From positions 1-30,925 of IMG/VR virus record IMGVR_UViG_3300020045_012662: a stretch of 30,925 bases of DNA, one strand, 5' to 3'. A program made the position numbers and the translations under genes. A model generated the notes under the pieces. The model was not told the origin of the DNA. It worked only from the letters and a program-made list of their open reading frames with translations, and made no database searches. The DNA is from a virus (lineage: Duplodnaviria > Caudoviricetes). How positions within the stretch are numbered: position 1 is the first letter of the stretch; each line of letters starts with the position of its first letter. Shown here piece after piece: positions 14,117 to 24,386 of the stretch.

Positions 14117-14425
14117 TCACCCTGTCCAGGCGGCCACAACGGCCGCCATTAGTGGAGCTCCGCCTACTGCCGCCGCCGACCCGACCACGCCAGCAATAGC
14201 CATAGACCGGATATGCCACGCCTCCTGCGCCGAGATCCGCTGATCATGGTCCTCGATATTGCGCAGGATCGCCGCAATCTGATCGTCCCTACGCGACGTC
14301 CGCTCACCCTGCTGTGCGATGTGAGCTCGCAGCGTCGCGCTCAGACCAGCCACCTCAGCAGCTGTCATCGTGCCCTGCTCAATAAGCGCGCGCACATCAG
14401 CTCGCAGCTCGCTCATCTCGGTCAT
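14117..14425 (-). CDS. Lysis-cassette coiled-coil protein with C-terminal TM (holin accessory)
   Basis: Heptad-like DHDQRISAQE followed by a hydrophobic tail; ATGA overlap with the endolysin gene. Confidence 0.65.
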   Translation of the reverse strand: MTEMSELRADVRALIEQGTMTAAEVAGLSATLRAHIAQQGERTSRRDDQIAAILRNIEDHDQRISAQEAWHIRSMAIAGVVGSAAAVGGAPLMAAVVAAWTG

Positions 14426-14823
14426 AGGACACGCCCCAAAGCGTCATATCCCCAGATCGCAGGCATTTCTGGCGACATACCCGACCCGACAGCGTGCCTC
14501 ACATCCACGTGCACGACCATCTGGGTCCCGCCGTGCCGCTGCCAACCAATGCCGCTGAAAATCTCGAGCTCCAGCACGCGCTGCAGCGTCATTCTCGGGT
14601 CGATGTCGGCTGCAGTGCCCAGCATGTGCTGCGACGATTTCACCCCACCAACAGTCCGATTGTGTGCGGTGCACCGGTACCCGCTGCGCACAACTAAGCC
14701 CTGCGGGTACCCGATTGCACGCAGGTCCTCTAGTGCGTCGATCAATGCCGGGTGGACCTGCAATTTTTTGCAATGGCGGCAGCGGAACTCAGCGCCGCTG
14801 AAATGTGGCGACAGATCACCCAT
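14422..14823 (-). CDS. Endolysin, peptidase M15A (Zn D-Ala-D-Ala peptidase fold), single domain
   Basis: LSPHFS..EF.C, SGYRC..HN..VGG, SQH-x6-D, VHVDVR. Confidence 0.9.
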   Translation of the reverse strand: MGDLSPHFSGAEFRCRHCKKLQVHPALIDALEDLRAIGYPQGLVVRSGYRCTAHNRTVGGVKSSQHMLGTAADIDPRMTLQRVLELEIFSGIGWQRHGGTQMVVHVDVRHAVGSGMSPEMPAIWGYDALGRVL

Positions 14824-14837
14824 GATCTCCTCAATCC

Positions 14838-17408
14838 CTATGAGGCTGGAATGGTATCTAGAGCAACCGTCACGCCACGCGGCGAGTACTCCTCAACCCA
14901 CCCAATCACCCAATGATCAAGCGTTGCTGCGCCGAAATATGCGGCAGGGACAATCGTCCTAATCCGCTGCCCCGGGTACAGCCCACGCACCAGATGCGGC
15001 GCCGTCTCATCAAATAGTGCGGCGGTATGGTCCGTCTGCGCATTGACGAGATCAACAACAATGTTTTTAATCCGCAAATTGCGCGAACTTGCAACCTCAC
15101 AAATACGACCGGCAGCAATTTTTGCGCCTGCGATGCTGCGATTAGTGGACGTATATTTTTTAGATCTCTGAACATCGCCTTCGCTCGGGCTGATGTACAG
15201 CGCATTACCGGACGGTATAGATATCTCTACCCGAGTCAATGCGTCATCTGACCCGGTCACGAGCTTTGGAATACCATTGCAATCAGCGTCGATATCAATT
15301 ACCGCGATGTGTGTAGGATTCTGGTGGTAATGGAGTATCGCGACGTGACCGTCTTTTGGTCTAGCGAAAACAGCACCCGGCTCGGAACGAACTATTTCGT
15401 TGAGGACCTGCAGGGCGCTTTTTCCATCCCATGTGCCTGTTTTTGTTTCGGCCATGAGGTTTGCGTTGACTTTTTCAAATGTTATTGGCATTTCAAAGAT
15501 TGCTGCAATAACGTCGTCGACGCGCGAGTATGTTGTTCCGTTATTTGCGCCAGAAAACGAGTTTTGGAATCCTGGTGATGTTGTCGTATTAATTGCAAGT
15601 ATTCCGCCTGATTTAATACCAAGGTATTTTCCACTCCCTATCAACCCTGGTATATATATTTCTTCTACAGCCCTAATATCAAAATTCATTCCATCTGCTG
15701 ATATGTAGTCTCCGGCTACTGTCTCGATTGATATATTTGTTTTGGTTGGATCTGCGTTTGCTTTTAATTTAACGCGCACCCACTGCCCACGCGGCATTAC
15801 TCCAACGGTGGCGTAAACTGATCCACCTGCTCCGTACGCAATAATGTTTCCCGATTCATCCGCACCGAGATGAAACTGCGCTGTCGACGAGTAAATGCTG
15901 AAAAAAAGATTGAATTCGCTAGCTCCAGGCAATGTCCCAAACGTCTTAACATGCAAAATTATTTGCAGTGTGGTCCTTAGGAGACAAAAAATTTTAGCTG
16001 GCGAATCAGCAGACGGTACTTCTATTACACCGCCGAATGAGGATTCGTTGTCATTGCCGAAATCGAGCACGCTATCTGTAGTCGCATAGAATGAGCCGGA
16101 ATACAGGGCCCCTGCGTCCTCGCTGTAATTAGTCAGCGACGCACTAAAACCTGTTGTTTCTCCGGCTGCTTCGTATACGTCGATATCGACGCTTTCGGAG
16201 CGTGCTAATGCCAGCGATCGCTCAGTGAAATTGCTACGCATTTTTCGCTGCGCGAGTAGTCCGAGTGCGTCGGTGGCGGAGACAGCGACTGATGCGCCGG
16301 TTAGGTCACCGGTTGGGAAATCCGGCTCATATGATTGTATCCATCCAACAAAACGCGTGTATGTTACTGCGCTTTTTGTTACCTGCCAGCGGACACGTTT
16401 ACCAGCAACAACATTCGGGTAATATGGTGACGACGCATTATCTGATATGAATTCGCCATTTGCGTTGTATAGCGAGAATGACATGATACCTGGTGCGATA
16501 TCGTCATAGGTGCTTTTTTTACCCTGCGTGATCCTGAGCGGCCCGCGCTGGAAATTCATTTTATTGGTTACATCTGTCCATGTTCCTGCCGTGAATTCAA
16601 TTTCTAATTTCCCGACGAATTGGCGGGAAATTACCGCGAGCTGACCGGTGAGTGTGGCGGTTTGCGGCCGCGTACCAGTGCGGAGCATCCCTAGGCGCAG
16701 CGGGCCAGCGATACTCGCTGTCTGCGGCCGAGCGCCAGACATGCCGGTAATGAGCTCACCGGTGAGCGTGGCTGTCTGCGGCCGCGTACCGGTCATCGCT
16801 GCAGGTCGCAGAGCTACAACATACGCTGCCTCGTCGAATGTCCCACTTGGTGTGAGCGACCATGTGCGCGTGCCCGTAGCCCCTGCAGTAGGCCGGTACT
16901 CCTGCGCCACAGACAGAGCTCTACCGACAGATGCCGCCGAATACGTGGCTACTTGCGTCATACCAGAAGGGATAACCGGGACCCGGCTTGAGCTGTCCGC
17001 CATATACCCAGAAATGAGCAGCGCACCAGGCGTAGCCGTTGTCACACCATTAGCAGCTAATGACGTCGACTGGTTACCAGTTAATACCGCAGCGACATCA
17101 ATTGGTGTCCCATTAATGCCACCATACGATTGACATATTACGGTGGCCCTACCCGCTGTGCCGCTATAACTAGCCGTTGGGTCAGCGGCAGGATCAATAG
17201 CGTAATACGCGGCAATACTAATTGGCCCTTGGGTGAATTGCGTAAATAACGCTGTCCACCCAGATGGCCCAGTAATTGCCGCAGTCGTACTGAAAACATA
17301 TGTGGCAATAGTGATGTCACCGGTCACGCGATCAGTCGGGCGCGTGCCAGTAATCGTCAGAGTCGACGCATTCTCAACGACCGTCGCAGTACGCCCAATG
17401 ATCGCCAT
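14838..17408 (-). CDS. Large multi-domain minor tail / tail-tip protein
   Basis: Position after the tape measure; WTDVT...ITQGK...PG..SFSLYNANG.F...SPYYPN...R.R motif typical of actinophage minor tails; internal RPQTA repeats. Confidence 0.8.
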   Translation of the reverse strand: MAIIGRTATVVENASTLTITGTRPTDRVTGDITIATYVFSTTAAITGPSGWTALFTQFTQGPISIAAYYAIDPAADPTASYSGTAGRATVICQSYGGINGTPIDVAAVLTGNQSTSLAANGVTTATPGALLISGYMADSSSRVPVIPSGMTQVATYSAASVGRALSVAQEYRPTAGATGTRTWSLTPSGTFDEAAYVVALRPAAMTGTRPQTATLTGELITGMSGARPQTASIAGPLRLGMLRTGTRPQTATLTGQLAVISRQFVGKLEIEFTAGTWTDVTNKMNFQRGPLRITQGKKSTYDDIAPGIMSFSLYNANGEFISDNASSPYYPNVVAGKRVRWQVTKSAVTYTRFVGWIQSYEPDFPTGDLTGASVAVSATDALGLLAQRKMRSNFTERSLALARSESVDIDVYEAAGETTGFSASLTNYSEDAGALYSGSFYATTDSVLDFGNDNESSFGGVIEVPSADSPAKIFCLLRTTLQIILHVKTFGTLPGASEFNLFFSIYSSTAQFHLGADESGNIIAYGAGGSVYATVGVMPRGQWVRVKLKANADPTKTNISIETVAGDYISADGMNFDIRAVEEIYIPGLIGSGKYLGIKSGGILAINTTTSPGFQNSFSGANNGTTYSRVDDVIAAIFEMPITFEKVNANLMAETKTGTWDGKSALQVLNEIVRSEPGAVFARPKDGHVAILHYHQNPTHIAVIDIDADCNGIPKLVTGSDDALTRVEISIPSGNALYISPSEGDVQRSKKYTSTNRSIAGAKIAAGRICEVASSRNLRIKNIVVDLVNAQTDHTAALFDETAPHLVRGLYPGQRIRTIVPAAYFGAATLDHWVIGWVEEYSPRGVTVALDTIPAS

Positions 17409-17410
17409 GA

Positions 17411-17776
17411 TTATGCGGCCACCGGTGTGACAGATGCGGAAACAGCGGAAACATTCAGCGTGTCACCATTCACAGCAGCACGCGCAGCGGTGAATGCGAA
17501 TGACCCACGGAATGTGCCGCCGGTGGATGCACTCCACAATGACGCGTGGCTCAGCGTCTGCGAACCGCCCGCCCAACTAGCAATTGATGCGGTTCCAGTT
17601 TGTGTCGCTGCACCAGCTGTAGCAGCTGGAAATGTCAATGCGATACGCGTTGTTGACCCAGCCTGATTCGCTGTACCAGCAGCACCTGGATCACCAATGT
17701 GGAATTGCAAATAAACCGTTGCAGTAATCGAATCAATGAATGTGTTGCACAGGGATGCTGCGACACCGACTGTCAT
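17411..17776 (-). CDS. Minor tail protein
   Basis: YLQFHIGDPGAAGTAN...SHASLWSASTGGTF...GDTL pattern; directly follows the tape measure gene. Confidence 0.75.
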   Translation of the reverse strand: MTVGVAASLCNTFIDSITATVYLQFHIGDPGAAGTANQAGSTTRIALTFPAATAGAATQTGTASIASWAGGSQTLSHASLWSASTGGTFRGSFAFTAARAAVNGDTLNVSAVSASVTPVAA

Positions 17777-17789
17777 TTAATTGCCTCCA

Positions 17790-20666
17790 TTATGCGATGA
17801 GTCCAGCGGGTAGCATTCCGCGCGCGACTGCCTCACGCAATGCCGCAACAACCTCAGCAGCCAGCGCGTACCGGTCCGATAGGACAGCACCAGTCGTCAC
17901 ATTGACATTGATTACTGCCCCATTACGTCCACCGCCGCTGAGTGCATTGCGTGCCCTAGACAGCGGTATGACCGCCTCAGGGCCAGCCTCACCAATCATT
18001 GCCAGTGTCGGTGATGTGACAATTCCACCGTCAGCCAGCAACGGAATTTTCGGCAGACCGAGTGTCATTCCAGGTGTTGTTACACCAGCAAAGGTAAATG
18101 ACGGGACACTGAAATTAAGTTTGTTCCATGCACCGATAATCCAGTTGAGTACTGCTTTGAAAGCGTTCTTAACGCCGTCCCACATTCCGCTAGCGACGCC
18201 CGCGATTACTGTTTTAGCTGTCCGGAATGTGTTGCCAATGACGGTGAAAGCACCGCTGACGATTTGTTTGATGCCTTCCCATGATTTAGTCCAGTCACCT
18301 GTAATAATTCCGACGACTACGTTAATGATCCCTGAAATGATCGTCATTGCCGCGCGAATGTTGGTAATAATTGCCGCGAAAATGGCGGACACAATGGGGG
18401 CGAGTTTCTCGACCAGCCATGTAATGATCGGAGTAATTGCCTCAACGAACGCGCCCAATGCTGGAACGACCTGCGTTTTAATTGTGTCGCCCAGCTGATT
18501 CAGGGCTGGCATTACAGCTGAGCTGACCTGCCCAAACGCTGACTGCAGTGCAGCCCATAGCGCCTGCACTTTAGTGCGGAAAGTTTCGCTGTTATTCCAG
18601 GCGTAAATGACGCCAGCCGCCAGTAATGCGAGCACACCAACAACAACGAGCATCGGTGCTGAAACACCGGCCATTAACGGCTTCAGCATATTGAAAACGT
18701 TAGTCAACGGTCCCATGCCCGTAGATAATGCTGCTGCAGCAGCAACAACCCCCTGCATTACCTCAGGATGTTTAGCCAGCTCAGTGGCCATTGCCGCCAA
18801 ACCGTCAAAAACGGGTTGCAGAGACGTTGCAATACTCGCCATTGAATCCATAAATGTCGGACCCAATGCGGCAATGATTTCGCCGAGCGGCTTCAGTAGC
18901 GGTGTTACTGCAGTCAGTAGGCCGCCGAATGATTTACTCAGCTCAGGCATTGCACCAATGATCGGCTGCAGCGCAGCAGAAATATCTGAGAATGCTGTGC
19001 CTAATGACGGTCCGAGCGTCGCTCCAGCCTCAATACCAGCACCCATCAAATCAGTGATCAATGGCAGGACAGCGCCCAAAATACCTGCAAGGCCACCCAT
19101 AGCGGCCTGGATCTGCCCCGAATCAACCGCGCTTGTCATCATCGACCCGAGATCAGCCGAGAATGCCTGCATCGTGCCGCGCAGCGGAGCCAGCCCAGCT
19201 AGTGCAGCACTGGAAAACGCCAGAAATGGTGCCGACAACGTGCCAGCAATGCTAATTATTTCACCTATTGCGCGGCCCATTGTCCCGCTGAATTCAGCGA
19301 ATGGCCCAGCCATTCCAGGCAGCGCTGTTGACAATGACTGTAGACCAGATTGAATACCTGGCAGAAATGCTTCTTGCCCAGCCTGTTTCAATTTTAATAA
19401 TGGCCCATTGGTGAATTCGTTCATAAACGTCACGAATTCGCGGGCTTTGGGGCCTAGGTCCTCAAGTGCTTTCGCGAGAGCACTTGGGCCGGACGCTACC
19501 TGCTCCGGATTCATAGTCTTGACCAGGGCTTCTTGTGCTGCAGCTAGCCGCTCGGTCGCGTCCTGTGAACGCGATTGTGCCTGCGCAATCCTGTCCTGCG
19601 CTGACACGACCTGATCAGATTTTTCGATTCCTTTACTGTCTGCGTCTGCTTTTTTCTCCGCCAAATCCATGGCGGATATGTCGACTTCTTTTACCCGTAG
19701 TTTTGCTTCTGCGAGATTTAATTCTGCGCGTCGACGGTCAGTAGCCGTCGATTCAGCGTCCTGGTAAACCTCATGCAGGCGTTCCTCAGATTCGGTGACT
19801 GACAATGCAGCGTCCTGCTGCCGCAATGCCATATCAGCAGTATCCATTGCGAGGTCCCGCAATGTTCTTGCGGCGTCTTTACGGGCGTCAGTCAAATCAT
19901 CCTGCGCGCGTTTTTCGTCTTTCTGCGCGTCCGCTAAATCCTCTTCAGCGTTTTTGACCGCCAATTGTGCGGATTTTATTTCTGATGCTGATGCTTTGAC
20001 CGCTGCACCTGCTGATCCGGCGTCGTCTTCCATTGCGGTGAGCGCGTCACCAATGCCACTGAATCCGGCAACGACGCTCATGATTCCTAGGCCGCCGACT
20101 GCGCCGATACCGGCTAGTGCGCCAGCTGCGACAGCGGCTAATGCTGCGATGCTCCCGAGCGCTGCAGTGACTCCGCTCAGGCTGGTAATGACGGAAGAAA
20201 TTGACGACAAGCCGCCAAAGTTTATTTCTATTGGTTTTTCAATGTCTTTTTTCTTTTTATCTGTATCGCTTTCAAGTTGGTTAAGTTTTGTTTTCGCTGA
20301 GCTTGTATCGTAATCGAGCGCTACTTTCTCTTTCTTTAACTGTTCTATTTTTGCTTGTGCTTTGGTTATATCAGCATCAATACGAACTTTGCCGGTTTCC
20401 GTTGTTGCTTTTTCTTTCAGCTTTTGCAGATCTTCGAGCCGTTTTTGTGCGTTACTAATATCAGCATCGACTTTTAATTTACGCCCGTCAATGCGTTCGA
20501 GTTTTGCTAATAACTCGTCTACTTGCGCGTCTTTTGCGCCAACCTCCACATCTCCGCTCGCGCTTTTTATTTTCTCGCCAAGGTCGCCAACTGTTTTGCC
20601 GACTTTGGCAATGACTGCAGATGCCCGGTCAGCCGCCGAAATATCAAAACTAATTGACCGAGCCAT
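17790..20666 (-). CDS. Tape measure protein
   Basis: 958 aa, Ala/Gly-rich helical repeats, AWNNSETFR, LADGGIVTSPTLAMIGEAGPEAVIPL. Confidence 0.95.
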   Translation of the reverse strand: MARSISFDISAADRASAVIAKVGKTVGDLGEKIKSASGDVEVGAKDAQVDELLAKLERIDGRKLKVDADISNAQKRLEDLQKLKEKATTETGKVRIDADITKAQAKIEQLKKEKVALDYDTSSAKTKLNQLESDTDKKKKDIEKPIEINFGGLSSISSVITSLSGVTAALGSIAALAAVAAGALAGIGAVGGLGIMSVVAGFSGIGDALTAMEDDAGSAGAAVKASASEIKSAQLAVKNAEEDLADAQKDEKRAQDDLTDARKDAARTLRDLAMDTADMALRQQDAALSVTESEERLHEVYQDAESTATDRRRAELNLAEAKLRVKEVDISAMDLAEKKADADSKGIEKSDQVVSAQDRIAQAQSRSQDATERLAAAQEALVKTMNPEQVASGPSALAKALEDLGPKAREFVTFMNEFTNGPLLKLKQAGQEAFLPGIQSGLQSLSTALPGMAGPFAEFSGTMGRAIGEIISIAGTLSAPFLAFSSAALAGLAPLRGTMQAFSADLGSMMTSAVDSGQIQAAMGGLAGILGAVLPLITDLMGAGIEAGATLGPSLGTAFSDISAALQPIIGAMPELSKSFGGLLTAVTPLLKPLGEIIAALGPTFMDSMASIATSLQPVFDGLAAMATELAKHPEVMQGVVAAAAALSTGMGPLTNVFNMLKPLMAGVSAPMLVVVGVLALLAAGVIYAWNNSETFRTKVQALWAALQSAFGQVSSAVMPALNQLGDTIKTQVVPALGAFVEAITPIITWLVEKLAPIVSAIFAAIITNIRAAMTIISGIINVVVGIITGDWTKSWEGIKQIVSGAFTVIGNTFRTAKTVIAGVASGMWDGVKNAFKAVLNWIIGAWNKLNFSVPSFTFAGVTTPGMTLGLPKIPLLADGGIVTSPTLAMIGEAGPEAVIPLSRARNALSGGGRNGAVINVNVTTGAVLSDRYALAAEVVAALREAVARGMLPAGLIA

Positions 20667-20668
20667 TA

Positions 20669-21276
20669 TTATTTCGCCTCCCTAGTTTTCCTAATACATT
20701 CACAAAGAAACTGTAATTCCCAGACGGTTAGTTTTCCTGTGTCCCACGGCATGATATGAAACATCTCCGCTAGGTCACACAGATTCTTATTTCGCAGTTC
20801 GTCCAGTTGTTCTATTGTTAGTATTTCTATTTTCTTTGTGCGGCCGACACCATTGTTTTCCTGTTCTTTTAGGCGTCGGCGTTGGTAGGGCTTAGGACAT
20901 CACCCGTCACAGGATTAACACCAGAATTGATCTCTAGTGATCCGGTGAATTCAACTGCTGCAGCATCAGTTTTGTTGCTTGCGGTCGAGTCGCTCAGGCT
21001 CTCAATTTCGCACACCGGTATTTGCCCGATGCGATTCCACGATGGTTCATCTAGGCCGTAGCCAGGGACGATGCGTGCAGCAGCCATCCACAAAATAACT
21101 GTGATCTTATCCAGCTCATCCATTTCGCCGAGCTGCGAAATTGACCCCTGCTCAATGTCTCCGCGTTTTTTGAGGATGCGCAAGAACCTACTCACTGCGC
21201 GTGTCTCATCAATAGTAAGTTTTTTCGTATCAATCATTAAATCGTCTGCTGTTATTTCGTGACCATCAATTAACAT
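20669..21276 (-). CDS. Tail assembly chaperone, long (-1 frameshift) form
   Basis: The -1 frame is open from about 20899 to the stop at 20669 and encodes ...LAEMFHIMPWDTGKLTVWELQFLCE...; it fills the gap to the tape measure gene. Confidence 0.75.
20869..21276 (-). CDS. Tail assembly chaperone, short form
   Basis: 135-aa ORF upstream of the tape measure gene. Confidence 0.8.
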   Translation of the reverse strand: MLIDGHEITADDLMIDTKKLTIDETRAVSRFLRILKKRGDIEQGSISQLGEMDELDKITVILWMAAARIVPGYGLDEPSWNRIGQIPVCEIESLSDSTASNKTDAAAVEFTGSLEINSGVNPVTGDVLSPTNADA

Positions 21277-21285
21277 TATTCCCCA

Positions 21286-21780
21286 TCACCCGAAAATATC
21301 TTTCGTTACCCTGTCGACAGCTTCTGTTAATGATTTTTCAAACTGCTCCGCAGAATCAGACATCGGTTTAGAAAACCATCGTTCTGGCACTTTCTGCGCA
21401 TACCAATGCGCTGCATTACCAAACAAGGGGTGCCGTAAACGACCCCGATCTAGACGCGCTAAATCAATCGTTTTACCGCCAGCTTCAGTTGCGGTAATAA
21501 CCGATTTTGGTCTGTTTCCGCCTTTAACTTTTGTGGTGAATCTGGCCCCGATAACCCGGTCGGCTACCGACTCATTATCTCCGTCTGATGTTTTGCTGCG
21601 CCCCCCGCCTGTCGGCAACGTTTTCTGCGCATTCTCGCGGGCAGCATCGGCCAATGGTTTTGATGCATCGGCCAATGCTTTCGTCAGCGTAGAGCGCAGT
21701 TCTTTTGGTGCGCCTGCCATTCGTTTCCTGAGGTCAGCGAAATCACCCGCAGCTGTCACGCCTACGGATACGCCAGGCAT
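21286..21780 (-). CDS. HK97 gp10-like tail completion/neck protein
   Basis: Basic helical protein with LRHPLFGN..HWYAQ...WF motif. Confidence 0.7.
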   Translation of the reverse strand: MPGVSVGVTAAGDFADLRKRMAGAPKELRSTLTKALADASKPLADAARENAQKTLPTGGGRSKTSDGDNESVADRVIGARFTTKVKGGNRPKSVITATEAGGKTIDLARLDRGRLRHPLFGNAAHWYAQKVPERWFSKPMSDSAEQFEKSLTEAVDRVTKDIFG

Positions 21781-22812
21781 TTACAGGGCCGTATCTGCAG
21801 TGTGCAGACTCAAATAAATTGGCTGCAGTGTCAGGTTGTCGAGCGATGCGAATTCAATTTCTGTGACGACTACTTCGCCCTCACCGGGCATAGGGATCGC
21901 ACCGGAATTGATGTAGCAGGCGGGCAGCAGGATTGACATTGTGGCGACACCAGTGGATAGCGCCTCGCTAGTGGTTGCTGTCAGCAGGATCGGCATTGCG
22001 GTCTGCGCGATCTGCGCATCACGCAGGATTGCCCCTGTCACAGCGTCGTACTCAATGGAGCTGCTGAGCGTCAGTTCCAATTTCCCGGCGGTTGGCTGAT
22101 TGCGGCCGCCGATGATGTCACGCTTAGTATCGGTGCCTGAGTCAACAGACAGCTTCCAGGTTTTGCCTGCAGCAGTTGTTGCCCCGGTGAGTGACCCGAG
22201 TGCAGTCGTCGTCGGTGCTGTGGCAGTCCCGCCGATGCTCACTGCACCAGTAACGGGCAGGCCAGACGCATAAATCGATGCCCCTGCCGGGTACGTGGCG
22301 GTTGCTAGCGCAGTATTGGTCGCCAGTGAGCGTGCATCAATTTCTGCGGTGAGTGTCGCAATGCCATTGTCTGGCATTTCGATCTCAAATTTGCTGACGG
22401 TGCATCCCGCGTAGGTGTAGGTATCTACGGTGCCGCCCGGTTTGACAATTCCTTCCTGGATTGTCAATGACGGCAAATAGGTTCCGGTAATGTTTGTTGT
22501 GTAATTCTGCTGGTATCTGGTGCCCGTGGTCAGGGTTGATGTTGCGACCCCAAAGCATGCTTCGAGCAACGGGCCGAAACCCTTGCTTAGCAGCTCAGCC
22601 TGCAGTTTTCCGCTGCCCTTGCCGACTAGGCCGACTCTGCGTGCTGCTCGTGGCGCACGTGATCCGACGCGCAGACCGGCCCCTTGGGCGATGTTCGGGT
22701 CCCATTCGAGACCCGATCCTGACATCCATTCGTAAAATCGGTCAACAACAACCGGCATATTGTATGTTGTTTCTTTTTTAATACCCAATTGGTGGTCTAG
22801 CATTGTTGCCAT
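21781..22812 (-). CDS. Major tail (tube) protein
   Basis: QLGIKKETTY..PV..DRFYE N-terminus, SLTIQ.G...TY.GC.V. Confidence 0.85.
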   Translation of the reverse strand: MATMLDHQLGIKKETTYNMPVVVDRFYEWMSGSGLEWDPNIAQGAGLRVGSRAPRAARRVGLVGKGSGKLQAELLSKGFGPLLEACFGVATSTLTTGTRYQQNYTTNITGTYLPSLTIQEGIVKPGGTVDTYTYAGCTVSKFEIEMPDNGIATLTAEIDARSLATNTALATATYPAGASIYASGLPVTGAVSIGGTATAPTTTALGSLTGATTAAGKTWKLSVDSGTDTKRDIIGGRNQPTAGKLELTLSSSIEYDAVTGAILRDAQIAQTAMPILLTATTSEALSTGVATMSILLPACYINSGAIPMPGEGEVVVTEIEFASLDNLTLQPIYLSLHTADTAL

Positions 22813-22817
22813 GGTAT

Positions 22818-23006
22818 TTATTCGCCTTTCTTAGTTGGTTCGGTTGCGGCTGGTTTCTCGACAACAATTTGCCAATTGTCGGATTGTTGTAAAAGTTTTT
22901 CTGCTTCCTTATCTTCGACGTCGATTGTTTCGTTTTTCAGTAGACCGCCGATTCTCATCGACGGAATATCTACACAGTCATATACGCCAACGTATTTAAT
23001 TTTCAT
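22818..23006 (-). CDS. Small virion-module protein
   Basis: 62 aa between the tail terminator and tail tube genes. Confidence 0.65.
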   Translation of the reverse strand: MKIKYVGVYDCVDIPSMRIGGLLKNETIDVEDKEAEKLLQQSDNWQIVVEKPAATEPTKKGE

Positions 23007-23012
23007 TTTCTC

Positions 23013-23537
23013 TCACAATCTCGCATCGTATTTGATAGTGAAATCGATTTCGCACACAACACCGGCCGCCGACGTTGTGAACGCCTTTAGCGACGTTATA
23101 TCGCCTATCATTGCCGTCACATTGCGGTATTGCGGGACTAAACCTAATGACCCATTCGCGCGTAAAAACACGTCAACATCAGCAATGATCTGGGCTGCTG
23201 CAGCACGCATTTCCCGCACAATCCCTGGCCCCGAATCACCCGTTTGCGACAAGGCGATACACGCAATAGTGCCCTGCTCCTCACGATGCCTACCTGTACC
23301 GAGAGTAGCCACGGCCTGCGTTGCTGACCCGGTCTGACGGTCATCGTCAGCTGACGCGAGACCCACAATCAGACAGGCGTCCTCCAGCTGGGATGTCATG
23401 AGTGGCTCGACCGTGTCGTAGACACATACGCCACCAACAGTCATGTCATCCCATGGATCTCGCCATCCGGTTGTGCCACGCAGGCCATCGATGACAGCTG
23501 TCATGACATCCGCCATGGCCGTACCCATGGCGGTCAT
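23013..23537 (-). CDS. Probable tail terminator
   Basis: Synteny; acidic alpha/beta protein ending FTIKYDARL. Confidence 0.6.
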   Translation of the reverse strand: MTAMGTAMADVMTAVIDGLRGTTGWRDPWDDMTVGGVCVYDTVEPLMTSQLEDACLIVGLASADDDRQTGSATQAVATLGTGRHREEQGTIACIALSQTGDSGPGIVREMRAAAAQIIADVDVFLRANGSLGLVPQYRNVTAMIGDITSLKAFTTSAAGVVCEIDFTIKYDARL

Positions 23538-24352
23538 GCGATTCCCACATCACTGTCATGGTCGAGTAGCTCAGCTACCCGACGTGGCACCGTGAATGAC
23601 ATGCGCGGGTCCCATTCGTCACCACCACCACCCTGACGTGGCAGCTGTGTTCCGCCACGCTGCGTATCCCACAGGTGGCGGACAATTTCGAGGATGCCGT
23701 GGCGTGCGCGGGCTGTTGGTGCGCGTCCAGCCACGTAGGTGACACTGATTGCACCAATGTTCGTACCAGGCCAGCTGCCAGATGGGTGCATCAGTAGGCC
23801 CGTTCCCGTGACCTGCGTATTGGCAACCGCTACACCGTCAATAGTCACTGTCGTGAGCGACACAAACGGGGCCTGCAGCAGCACCAAATACGCTTGCCCG
23901 TGGCCCGTATACGACTCGGTGACAGTAGACTGCCGGTACCTGCGACCGGTGTACGACTCCGCAGTCTCCGTAGCCACAAGCGCCACAGAGCGTAGCTGTT
24001 CATCCGTGGCACGAGACGACACGCCCAGGTGAGCGCGTACCTCATCCAATGACACAGCTGGCATGTCAGCTACGGCTGTCACCGTCATGACATCCCGCGT
24101 AATTGTCTGGACAGAGCCATCTGTCACTGTCCAGACAACGGCGTGCTCGCCAGCTTCAGCGGCCGTGACATACGTCATGTACCCCATGGCAGTCACACCG
24201 ATTGTCAGGACACCAGACGGACCACCACCCGATGTCCAGACACCAGACCGCACCACCCCTGTAGGTGACGTGACATCCACAGACACGCTATCCGCGCCAG
24301 CAGCAGCCGTCACCCACAGTGGCGCCGAATCACCAATATCAATCATGCTCAC
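23534..24352 (-). CDS. Head-to-tail adaptor (gp6/gp15-like) with extra N-terminal Ig-like domain
   Basis: VSLDEVRAHL...DEQL...AESYTGR...VTYVAG...HLWDTQRG. Confidence 0.85.
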   Translation of the reverse strand: MSMIDIGDSAPLWVTAAAGADSVSVDVTSPTGVVRSGVWTSGGGPSGVLTIGVTAMGYMTYVTAAEAGEHAVVWTVTDGSVQTITRDVMTVTAVADMPAVSLDEVRAHLGVSSRATDEQLRSVALVATETAESYTGRRYRQSTVTESYTGHGQAYLVLLQAPFVSLTTVTIDGVAVANTQVTGTGLLMHPSGSWPGTNIGAISVTYVAGRAPTARARHGILEIVRHLWDTQRGGTQLPRQGGGGDEWDPRMSFTVPRRVAELLDHDSDVGIA

Positions 24353-24386
24353 CCATCAAATCAGAAATCAATAGATGATTAATTGG

